Source: the human T2T-CHM13v2.0 reference genome, Homo sapiens
NCBI RefSeq assembly: GCF_009914755.1
Contig: NC_060927.1
Length of the DNA stretch: 64,000 nucleotides
Strand: one strand, 5' to 3'
Made by a program: the position numbers and the translations under genes. Below are positions 17,951 through 30,100 of the stretch, piece after piece (position 1 is the first letter of the stretch; each line of letters starts with the position of its first letter). The notes under the pieces are model-generated. The model saw nothing but the letters and a program-made list of their open reading frames with translations, did no database searches and had not been told where the DNA came from.

Positions 17951-20900
17951 CAAAGCACTCCAAATATCCACTTGCATATTCTAGAAAAAGAGTGTTTCAA
18001 AACTGCTCTAACAAAAGAAAGGTTCAACTCTGTGAGATGAATGCACTCATCACAAAGAAGTTTCTGAGAATGTTTCTGTCCAGTTTTTATGTGAATATAA
18101 TCCCGTTTCCAATGAAGGCCTCTAAGCAGTCCAAATGTCCACTTGCAGATATAAAGAAAAGAGTGTTTCAAAACTACTCTAAGAAAAGTTGTGTTCAACT
18201 CTGTGTACTGAATGCAAACATCACAAAGATGTTTCTGAGAATGCTTCTGTCTAGTTTTTATGTGAAGATATTTCCTTTTCCACCATAGGCCTCCAAGCTC
18301 TCCAAATGTCCACTTGCAGATACTAGAAAAAGAGTGTTTCAAAACTGCTCTATCAAAAGAAAGGTTCAACTCTGTGAGTTGAATGCACTCATCACAAAGA
18401 AGTTTTTGAGAATGATTTTGTCTACTTTTTAGGTGAAGATATTCCCCTTTCCTACGAAGGCCTCAATGCAGTCCCAATATCCACTTGCAGATTCTACGAA
18501 AAGAGTGTTTCAAAACTGCTCTATGAAAAGGTATGTTCAACACTGTGTGTTGAATGCAAACATCTCAAAGAAGTTTCTGAGAATGCTTCTGTCTAGTTTT
18601 TATGTGTAGATATTTCGTTTTCCACAATAGGCCTCAAAGCTCTCCAAATGTCCACTTGCAGATAATACATAAAGAGTGTTTCAAAACTGCTCTATCAAAA
18701 GAAAGGTTCAACTCTGTGAGTTGAATGCACACATCACAGAGACGTTTCTGAGAATGCTTCTGTCTAGTTTTTATGTGAATATATTCCCGTTTCCAAAGAA
18801 GGCCTCTAAGCAGTCCAAATATCCATTTGTAGATATAAACAAAAGAGTGTTTCAAAACTGCTGTATGAAAAGGTATGTTCAACTCTGTGTGTTGAATGCA
18901 AACATCACAAAGAAGTTTCTGAAAATTGTTCTGTCTAGTTTCTACTTGAAGATATTACCTTTGCCACCATAGGACTCAAATCTCTCCAAATGTCCGCTTG
19001 CAGATTCAACGAATAGAGTGTTTCAAAACTGCTCTATCAAAAGAAAGGTTTAACTCTGTGAGTTGAAGGCACGCATCCCAAAGAAGTTTCTGAGAATGCT
19101 TCTATCTAGTTTTTATGTCAAGATATTTCCTTTTCCACCTTAGGCCTCAGAGCTCTCCAAATGTCCACTTGCAGATTCTACAAAAAGAGTGTTTCAAAAC
19201 TGCTCTATCAAAAGAAAGGTTCAACCCTGTGAGTTGAATGAACACATCACAAAGAAGTTTCTGTGAATGATTCTGTATAATTTTTATGTGACGATATTCC
19301 CGTTTCCAATGGAGGCCTCAAAGCAGTAAAAATATTCACTTGCAGATTCTACGAAAAGAGTGTTTCAAAACTGCTCTATGGAAAGTTACGTTCAACTCTG
19401 TGATTTGACTGCAAACAAGACAAAGAAGTTTCTGAGACTGCTTCTGTCTAGTTTTTGTGTGAAGATATACCCGTTTCCAATGAACACCTCAAAGAAGTTC
19501 AAATATACACTTGCAGATTCTACGAAAAGAGTGTTTCAAAACTGCTCTATGAAAAGGTATCTTCAACTCCGTGAGTTGAAAGCAAATATCACAATGAAGT
19601 TTCTGAGAAGGATTCTGTCTACTGTTTGTGTGTAGGTATTTCTTTTTCCACCATTGGCCTCAAAACTCTCCAAATGTCCACTTGCAGAGAGTACAAAAAG
19701 AGTGTTTCAAAACTACTCTATGAAAAGAAAGGTTCAAATCTGTGAGTTGAATGCACACAGCACAAAGAAGTTTCTGAGAATGCTTATATCTAGTTTTTGT
19801 GTGAAGATATTCCCGTTTCCAATGAAAGTCTCAAAGCAGTCCAAATATCCCATTGCACATTCTACGAAAGGGTATTTCAAAAGAGCTCTATGAAAAGGTA
19901 TCTTCAAATCTGTGAGTTGAATGCACACATCACAAAGAAGTTTCTGATAATGATTCTGTCTAATTTTTATTTGAAGATATTTCCTTTTCCACCGTATGCC
20001 TCAAAGATCTACCAATGTCCCCTTGCAGATTCCAAAAATAGTGTTTCAAAACTGCTCTATCAAAAGAAAGGTACAAATCAGTGAATTGAATGCACACTTC
20101 ACAAAGAAGTTTCTGAGAATGTTTCTGTCTAGTTTTTATGTGAAGATAATCCAGTTTCCAACGAAGGCCTCAAAGCAGTCCAAATGTTCACTTGCAGATT
20201 CTACGAAAACAGTGTTTCAAGACTGCTCTATGAAAACCTATCTTCAACTCTGTGAGTTGAATGCAAACAACACAAAGAAGTTTCTGAGAAGGCTACTGTC
20301 TAGTTTTTATGTGTAGATATTTCTTTTTCCACCATTCGCCTCAAAACTCTCCAAATGTCCACATGCAGATTGTCAAAAAGGGTGTTTCAAAACTGCTCTA
20401 TCAAAAGAAAGATTCAAATCTGTGAGCTGAATGAACACATTACAAAGAAGTTCCTGAGAATGCTTCTGTCTACTTTTTATGTGAAGATATTCCCGTTTCC
20501 AACAAAGCCACAAAGCAGTCCAAATGTCCACTTGCAGATTTTACGAAAAGAGTGTTTCAAAACTGCTCTATGGAAAGGTATCTTCAACTCTGTGAGGTGA
20601 ATGCAAACATCACAAAGAAGTTTCTGAGAATGCTTCTGTCTAGTTTTTATGTGAAGATATACCCGTTTCCAGTGAAGGCCTCAAAGCAGTCCAAATATCC
20701 ACTTAAGATTCTATGAAAAGAGAGCTTCGAACGGCTCTTTGAAAATGTATCTTCAACTCTGTGAGTTGAATGCACACATCACAAAGAAGTTTCTGAGAAT
20801 GCTTCTGTCTAATTTTTATGTGTAGATATTTACTTTTCCACCATAGGCCTCAAGGCTCTCCAAATGTCCACTTGCAGATTCTACAAAAAGAGTGTTTCAA

Positions 20901-21302
20901 AAGTCCTCTATCAAAAGAAAGGTTCAACTCTGTGAGTTGAATGCACACACCACAAAGAAGTTTCTGAGAATGCTTCTGTCTAGTTTTTATGTGAAGATAT
21001 TCCGGTTTCCAACGATGTCCTCAAAGCAGTCCACATATCCACTTGCAGATTCTATAAAAAGAGTGTTTCAAAACTGCTCTATGAAAAGTATCTTCAGCTC
21101 TGTGAGTTGAATGCAAATATCATAAAGAATTTTCTGAGAATGCTTCTGTCTAGTTTTATGTGTACATATTTCCTTTTCCACCATAGGCCTCAAAGCTCTC
21201 CAAATTCCCACTTGCAGATTCTACAAAAGAGTGTTTCAGAACTGTTCTATAAAAGAAAGGTTCAAGTCTGTGAGTTGAATGCACACATCACAAAGCAGTT
21301 TC
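17951..21302 (-). repeat. Alpha satellite with alternating A/B monomers (SF5 R1/R2-like)
   Basis: Switch to ctgagaatgcttctgtctag and ctgctctat; first B-type box tcccgtttccaatgaagg at ~18101. Confidence 0.93.
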
Positions 21303-21512
21303 CTTTTTTTTAATTTATTCTTTATTAGTATACTTTAAGTTTTAGGGTACATGTGCACATTGTGCAGGTTAGTTACATATGTATACATTTGCCATGCTGG
21401 TGCGCTGCACCCACTAACTCGTCATCCAGCATTAGGTGCATCTCCCAGTGCTATCCCTCCCCCCTACCCCCAACCCAAAACAGTTCCCAGAGTGTGATAT
21501 TCCCTTTCCTGT
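21303..21512 (-). mobile_element. 5'-truncated LINE-1 3'UTR fragment, L1PA2-like
   Basis: T-rich tail followed by tactttaagttttagggtacatg...gtgtgatattccctttcctgt; short TSD agtttc at 21297-21302 and 21514-21519. Confidence 0.93.
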
Positions 21513-22359
21513 AAGTTTCTGAGAATGCTTCCACATAGTTTTTATGTGAAGATATTCCCATTCAACGAAGGCCTCAAAGCAGTCCAAATATCCACTTGTA
21601 CAGTCTGAGAAAAGAAGGTTTCAAAACTGCTCTATGAAAAGATATGTTCAACTCTCTGAGTTGAATGAAAACATCACAAAGAAGTTCCTGAGAATGTTCT
21701 GTCTAATTTTTATGTGTGGATATTTCCTTTTCCACCATAGGGCTCAAAGCACTCCAAATGTCCACTTGCAGATTCTACAAAAAGAGTGCTTCAAAACTGC
21801 TCTATCAAAAGAGAGGTTCCACACTGTGGGTTGAACGCACACATCACAAAGAAGTTTCTGAGAATTCTTCTGAATAGATTTTATGTGAAGATATTCCCAT
21901 TTCCAACGAAGGCCTCAAAGCTGTCCAAAACATCCACTTGCAGATACTATGAAAAGAGAGTTTCAAAACTGCTCTATGAAAAGGTATCCTCAACTCTGTG
22001 TGGTGAATGCTAGCATCCAAAGAAGTTTCTGAGAATGCTTCTGTCTAGTTTTTATGTGTAGATATTTCCTTTTCCACCATAGGCCTCAAAGCTGACCAAA
22101 GGTCCACTTGAAGATTCTACAAAAGTGTGTTTCAAAACTGCTCTATCAAAAGAAAGGTTCAACTCTGTGAGTTGAATGCACACATCACAAAGAAGATTCT
22201 GAGAAGTCTTCTGTCTAGTGTTTATGTGTAGGTATTCCAGTTTCAAACGAAGGTCTCAAAGCAGTCCAAATATCCACTTGCAGATTCTATGAAAAGAGTT
22301 TTTCAAAACTGCTCTATGAAAAGCTATGTTCAACTCTGTGAATTGAATGCAAACATCAA

Positions 22360-23775
22360 AAAGAAGTTTCTGAGAATGCTTCTGTCTAGTTTTTATGTGA
22401 AAATATTTCCTTTTGCAAAGTCGGCCTGAAGGGTCTCCAAATGTCCACTTGCAGATTCTAAAAATAATGTTTCACAACTGCTCTATCAATAGAAAGGTAC
22501 AAATCTGTGAATTGAATGCACACATCAGAAAGAAGTTTCTGACAATGCTTCTGGCTAGTTTTTCTGTGAAGATATACCCGTTTCCATTGAAGGCCTCAAA
22601 GCAGTCCAAATATCCACTTGCATATGCTATGAAAAGAGTGTTTCAAAACTGCTCTTTAAAAAGGTATCTTCAACTCTGTGAGTTGAATGCAAACATCACA
22701 AAAAGAAGTTTATGAGAATGCTTCTGTCTGTCTAGTTTTTATGTGTAGATATTTCCTTTTCCACCCTAGGCCTCAAAGCTCTCCAAATATCCACTTTCAG
22801 ATTCTACAAAAAGAGTGTTTCAAAACTGCTCTATCAAAAGAAAGGATCAAATCTGTGAGTTGAATGCACACATCACAAAGAAGTTTCTGAGAATTCTTCT
22901 GAATAGATTTTATGTGAAGATATTCTCATTTCCAACGAGGGCCTCAAAGCAGTCCAAACATCCACTTGCAGATACTTTGAAAAGAGTGTTCCAAAACTCC
23001 TCTATGAAAAGGTATCTTCAACTCTGTGAGGTGAATGCTAGCATCACAAAGAAGTTTCTGAGAATGCTTCTGTCTAGTTTTTATGTGAAAATATTTCCTT
23101 TTGCAAAGTCGGCCTGAAGGGTCTCCAAATGTCCACTTGCAGATTCTAAAAATAATGTTTCACAACTGCTCTATCAATAGAAAGGTACAAATCTGTGAAT
23201 TGAATGCACACATCAGAAAGAAGTTTCTGACAATGCTTCTGGCTAGTTTTTCTGTGAAGATATACCCGTTTCCATTGAAGGCCTCAAAGCAGTCCAAATA
23301 TCCACTTGCATATGCTATGAAAAGAGTGTTTCAAAACTGCTCTTTAAAAAGGTATCTTCAACTCTGTGAGTTGAATGCAAACATCACAAAAAGAAGTTTA
23401 TGAGAATGCTTCTGTCTGTCTAGTTTTTATGTGTAGATATTTCCTTTTCCACCCTAGGCCTCAAAGCTCTCCAAATATCCACTTTCAGATTCTACAAAAA
23501 GAGTGTTTCAAAACTGCTCTATCAAAAGAAAGGATCAAATCTGTGAGTTGAATGCACACATCACAAAGAAGTTTCTGAGAATTCTTCTGAATAGATTTTA
23601 TGTGAAGATATTCTCATTTCCAACGAGGGCCTCAAAGCAGTCCAAACATCCACTTGCAGATACTTTGAAAAGAGTGTTCCAAAACTCCTCTATGAAAAGG
23701 TATCTTCAACTCTGTGAGGTGAATGCTAGCATCACAAAGAAGTTTCTGAGAATGCTTCTGTCTAGTTTTTATGTG
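22360..23775. repeat. Apparently identical 4-monomer tandem duplication (period 688 bp)
   Basis: Identical ORFs at 22413 and 23101, and matching ORFs at 22815 and 23503; both copies share the ctgtctgtctag 4-bp slip. Confidence 0.95.
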
Positions 23776-26145
23776 TAGATATTTCCTTTTCCACCATAGG
23801 CCTCAAAGCTATCCGAAGGTCCACTTAAAGATTCTACAAAAAGTGTGTTTCAAAACTGGTCTATCGAAAGGTTCAACTCTGTGAGTTGAATGTACACATC
23901 ACAAATAAGTTTCTGAGAAGACTTCTGTCCAGTGTTTATGTGTAGGTATTCCAGTTTCAAACGAAGGTCTCAAAGCAGTCCAAATATTCACTTGCAGATT
24001 CTACGAAAAGAGTGTTTCAAAACTGCTCTATGAGAAGATATCTTCAACTCTGTGAGTTGAATGCAAACATCACAAAGAAGTTTCTGAGAAGGATTCTGTC
24101 TAGCGTTTATGTGTAGGTATTTCTTTTTCCACCATTGTCCTCAAAACTCTCCAAATGTCCACTTGCAGATACTACAAAAAGAGTGTTTCAAAACTGCTCT
24201 ATGAAAAGAAAGGTTCAAATCTGTGAGTGCAATGCTCACATCACAAAGAAGTTTCTGAGAATGTTTCTGTATAGTTCTTATGTAAAGATAATCCCGTTTC
24301 CAATGAAGGCCTCAAAGCAGTCCAAATATCCAATTGCACATTCCACGAAAAGAGTGTTTCAAAACAGCTCTATGAAAAGGTATCTTCAAATCAGTCAGTT
24401 GAATGCACACATCACAAAGATGTTTCTGAGAATGATTCTGTCTAGTTTTTATGTGAAGATATTTCCTTTTCCATTGTAGGCCTCAAAGCTCTCCCAATGT
24501 CCCCTTGCAGATTCTAAAAATAGTGTTTCAAAACTGCTGTATCAAAAGAAAGGTATATATCAGTGAAATGAATGCACACTTCACAAAGAACTTTCTGAGA
24601 ATGCTTCTGTCTAGTTTTTATGTGAAGATATTCCAGTTTCCAACGAAGGCCTCAAAGCAGTCCAAATATTCACTTGCAGATTCTACGAAAAGAGTGTTTC
24701 AAGACTGCTCTATGAAAAGGTATCTTCAACTCTGTGAGTTGAATGCAAACAACACAAAGAAGTTTCTGAGCATGCCTCTGTCTAGTTTTTATGTGTAGAT
24801 ATTTCTTTTTCCACTATTTGGCTCAAAACACTCCAAATGTCCACTTGCAGATTGTACAAAAAGGGTGTTTCAATACTGCTCTATCAAAAGAAAGATTCAA
24901 ATCTGTGAGTTGAATGCACACATTACAAAGACGTTTCTGAGAATGCTTCTGTCTACTTTTTAAGTGAAGATATTCCCGTTTCCAACAAGGCCACAAAGCA
25001 GTCCAAATATCCACTTGCAGATTTTACGAAAAGAGTGTTTCAAAACTGCTCTATGAAAAGAAATCATCAACTCTGTGAGATGAATGCAAACATAACAAAA
25101 AAGTTTCTGAGAATGCATCTGTCTAGTTTTTATGTGAAGATATACCCGTTTCCAGTGAAGGCCTCAAAGCAGTCCAAATATCCACTTGCAGATATTGCGA
25201 AAAGAGAGTTTCAAAACTGCTCTTTGAAAAGGTATCTTCAACTCTGTGAGTCGAATGCACACATCACAAAGAAGTGTCTGAGAATGCTTCTGTCTAATTT
25301 TTATGTGTAGATATTTCATTTTCCACCATAGGCCTCAGGGCTCTCCAAATGTCCACTTGCAGATTCTACAAAAGTGTGTTTCAAAAGTCCTCTATGAAAA
25401 GAAAGGTTCAACTCTGTGAGTTGAATGCACACATCACAAAGAAGTTTCTGAGAATGCTGCTGTCTGGTTTTTATGTGAACATATTCCGGTTTCCAACGAA
25501 GGCCTCCAAGCAGTCCACATATCCACTTACAGATTCTATGAAATGAGTGTTTCAAAACTGCTCTATGAAAAGGTATCTTCAGCTCTTTGAGTTGAATGCA
25601 AACATCACAAAGAAGTTTCTGAGAATGCTTCTGTCTAGTTTTTACGTGTATATATTTCCTTTTCTACTGTAGGCCTCAAAGCTCTCCAAATGTCCACTTG
25701 ATGATCCACAAAAAGAGTGTTTCAAAACAGCTCTATCAAAAGAAAGGTTCAACTCCGTGAGTTGAATAAACACATCACAAAGAAGTTTCTGAGAATGCTT
25801 TCGTCTAGTTTTTATGTGAAAATCTTCCCGTTTCCAATGAAAGCCTCAAAGCAGTCCAAATATCCACTTGCAGATTGTAAGAAAAGAGTGTTTCAAAACT
25901 GCTCTATGAAAAGGGTTGGTCAACTCTGTGAGTTGAATGCAAACATCACAAAGAAGTTTCTTAGAATGCTTCTGTCTGGTTTTAATGTGAAGATATTTCC
26001 TTTTCCACCATAGGCCTCAAAGCTTTCCAAATGTCCGCATGCAGATTCTATAAAAAGAGTGTTGAAAAACTGCTCTATCAAAAGAGAAGTACAAGTCTGT
26101 GAGTTGTGTGCACATATCACAAAGAAGTTTCTGAGGATGCTTCTT

Positions 26146-27193
26146 TCTAGTTTTTATGTGAAGATATACCCTTTTCCAAAGAAGGCCTCAAAGCAGTCCA
26201 AATATCATCTTGCTGATACTACGACAAGAGTGTTTCAAAACTGCTCTATGAAAAGGTACTTTCCACTCTGTAAGTTGAATGCAAACATCATAAAGATGTT
26301 TCTGGGAATGCTTCTGTCTAGTTTTTATGTGAAAATTTTTCCTTTTCCACCATAGGCCACAAAGCTCTGCAAATGTCCACTTGCAGATTCTACAAAAAGA
26401 GTGTTTCAAAACTGCTCTATCAAAAGAAAGGTTCAAACATGTGAGTTGAATGCACACAACACAAAGAAGTTTCTGAGAACTCTTCTGTCTAGTTTTTATG
26501 TGAAGATATTCCCGTTTCCAACGAAGGCCTAAAAGCAGTCCAAATATCCACTTGCGGATTCTACGAAAAGAGTTTTTCAAAACTGCTCTATGAAAAGGTA
26601 ACTTCAACTCTGTGAGTTGAATGCTAACATCACAAAGAAGTTTCTGAGAATGCTTCTGTCTAGTTTTTATGTGAAGATATACCCTTTTCCAAAGAAGGCC
26701 TCAAAGCAGTCCAAATATCATCTTGCTGATACTACGACAAGAGTGTTTCAAAACTGCTCTATGAAAAGGTACTTTCCACTCTGTAAGTTGAATGCAAACA
26801 TCATAAAGATGTTTCTGGGAATGCTTCTGTCTAGTTTTTATGTGAAAATTTTTCCTTTTCCACCATAGGCCACAAAGCTCTGCAAATGTCCACTTGCAGA
26901 TTCTACAAAAAGAGTGTTTCAAAACTGCTCTATCAAAAGAAAGGTTCAAACATGTGAGTTGAATGCACACAACACAAAGAAGTTTCTGAGAACTCTTCTG
27001 TCTAGTTTTTATGTGAAGATATTCCCGTTTCCAACGAAGGCCTAAAAGCAGTCCAAATATCCACTTGCGGATTCTACGAAAAGAGTTTTTCAAAACTGCT
27101 CTATGAAAAGGTAACTTCAACTCTGTGAGTTGAATGCTAACATCACAAAGAAGTTTCTGAGAATGCTTCTGTCTAGTTTTTATGTGAAGATAT
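26146..27193. repeat. Apparently identical 3-monomer tandem duplication (period 513 bp)
   Basis: Identical 139-aa ORFs at 26188 and 26701. Confidence 0.95.
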
Positions 27194-30100
27194 TTCCTTC
27201 TCCACCATAGGCCTCAAAGATATCCAAATATCCACTTGCAGATTCTACAAAAAGAGTGTTTCAAAACTGCTCTATCAAAAGAAACGTTCAACTCTGTGAA
27301 GTGAATGCACACATCACAAAGAAGCTTCTGTGAATGCTTCTGTCTAGTTTTTATGTGAAGATTTTCCCGTTTCCAACGAAGGCCACAAAACAGTCCAAAT
27401 ATGCACTTGCAGATTCAAGGAAAAGAGTGTTTCAAATCTGCTCTCTTAAAAAGTAGGTTCAACTCTGTGAGTTGATTGCAAACATCACAAAGAAGTTTCT
27501 CAGAATGCTTCTGTCTGTTTTTTGTGTGAAGATATTTCCTTTTCCACCACTGGCCTAAAAGCTTTCCAAATGTCCACTTGCTGATACTACAAAAAGGGTT
27601 TTTCAAAACTGCTCTACCAAAAGAAAGGTTTAACTCTGTGAGTTGGGTGGACATATAACAAAGAAGTTTGTGAGAATGCTTCTGTATAGTTTTTATGTGA
27701 CAATATTCCTGTTTCCTATGAAGGCCTCAAAGCAGTCCAAATATCCATTGCAGATTCTATGAAAAGAATGTTTCAAAACTGCTCTATGAAAAGTTATCTT
27801 CAACTCTGTGAGTTGAATGCAAACATCACAAAGAAGCTTCTGAGAATGCTTTTGTCTAGTTTTTATGTGTAGATATTTCCTTTTCCATCACTGGCCTCAA
27901 AGCTATCCAAATGTCCACATGCAGATTCTAAAAAAAGAGTGTTTTAAAACTGCTCTATGAAAAGAAAGGATGAAATCTGTGAGTTGAATGCACACATCAC
28001 AAAGAAGTTTCTGAGAATGCTTCTGTCTAGTTTTTATGTGAAGATATTCCCGTTGCAATGAACTCCTCAAAGCAGTGCAAATATCCACTTGCACATTTTA
28101 GATAAGAGCGTTTCAAAACTGCTATACGAAAAGGTACTTTCAACTCTGTGAGTTGAATGCAAACATCACAAAGATGTTTCTGAGAATGCTTCTGTGTGGT
28201 TTTTGTGTGTAGATATTTCCTTTTCCACCATAGGCCTCAAAGCTCTCCAAATGTCCACTTGCAGATTCTACAAAAAGAGTGTTTCAAAACTGCTCTATCA
28301 AAAGAAAGGTTCACCTCTGTGAGTTGAATGCACAGATCACAAAGAAGTCTCTGAGAATGCTTCTGTATAGTTTTATGTGAAGATATCACCGTTTCCAACG
28401 AAGGCCACAAAGCAGTTCAAATATCCACTTGCAGATTCTATGAAAACATTGTTTCAAAACTCCTCTCTGAAAAGGTATCTTCAAGTCTGTGAGTTGAATG
28501 CAAACATCACAAAGAAGTTTCTGAGAATGCTTTTGTCTAGTTTTTATGTGTAGATATTTCCTTTTCCACCATAGGCCTCAAAGCTATCCAAATGTCCACT
28601 TGCAGATTCTACAAAAAGAATGTTTCAAAACTGCTCTATCAAAAGAAAGGTTCAAATCTGTGAGTTGAATGCACACATCAAAAAGGAGTTTCTGTGAATG
28701 CTTCTGTCTCGTTTTTATGTGAAGATATTCCCGTTTCCAATGAAATCCTCAAAGCAGTTCAAATATGCACTTGCAGATTCTATGAAAAGAGTGTTTCAAA
28801 ACTGCTCTATGCAAAGGTATGTTCAAATCTGTGAGTTGAATGCAAACATCACAAAGATGTTTCTGAGAATGCTTCTGTGTGGTTTTTATGCGTAGATATT
28901 TCCTTTTCCACCATAGGCCTCAAAACTCTCCAAATGTCCACTTGAAGATTCTACAAAAAGAGTGTTTCAAAACTGCTCTATCAAAAGAAAGGTTCAACTC
29001 TCAGTTGAATGCACATATCACAATGATGTTTCTGAAAATGTTTCTGTCTGGTTTTTATGTGAACATATTCCCGTTTCCAACGAAGGCCACCAAGCAATCC
29101 AAATATTCACGTGCAGATTATTTGAAGAGTGTTTCACAACTGCTCTATGAAAAGGTATCTTCAAATCGGTGAGTTGAAATCAAACATCACAAAGAAGTTT
29201 CTGAGAATGCTTCTTTCTAGTTTTTATGTGAATATATTCCCATTTCCATCAAAGGTCTCAAAGCAGTCCAAATATCCACTAGCAGATTCTACGAAAACAG
29301 TGTTTCAAAACTGCTCTATGAAAAGATACCTTTTCATAGAGAAACATCACAAAGAAGTTTCTGAGAATGCTTCTGTCTAGTTTTTATGTGTAGATATTTC
29401 CTTTTCCACCATAGGCCTCAAAGTTCTCCAAATGTCCAATGGCAGATTCTACAAAAACAGTGTGTCAAAATTGCTCTATCAAAAGAAAGATTCAACTCTG
29501 TGAGTTGAATCCATCATCACAAAGAAGTTTCTGAGAATGCTTCTGTCTAGTTTTTATGTGTGGGTATTTCCATTTCCACCATAGAACTCAAAGCTCTTCA
29601 AATGTCCACTTGCAGATTCTACAAAAAGAATGTGTCAAAACTGCTCTATCAAAAGAAAGTTTCAAATCTGTGAGTTGAATGCACACATCACAAAGAAGTT
29701 TCTGAGAATGTTTTTGTATAGTTTTTATGTGGAGATATTCCTATTCCCAAAGAAGGCCTCAAAGCAGTCCAAATATCCATTTGCAGATACTACGAAAATA
29801 GTGTTTAAAAACTGCACTATGAAGACATACATTCAACACTGTGAGTCGAATGCAAACATCACAAAGAAGTTTCTGAGAAATCTTCTCTCTAGTTTTTATG
29901 TGAAGATATGTCCTTTTCCACCATAGGCCTCAAAGCTCTCCAAATGTCCACTTTCAGACTCTCCACTTGCAAAAGAAAGCTACAAACCAGGGAATTGAAT
30001 GCAGACATCACAAAGAAGTTTGTGAGAATGCTTCTGTCTAGTTCTTATGTGAAGATATTCCCGTTTCCAACGAAGGCCTCAAATCTGTTCAAATATCCAC

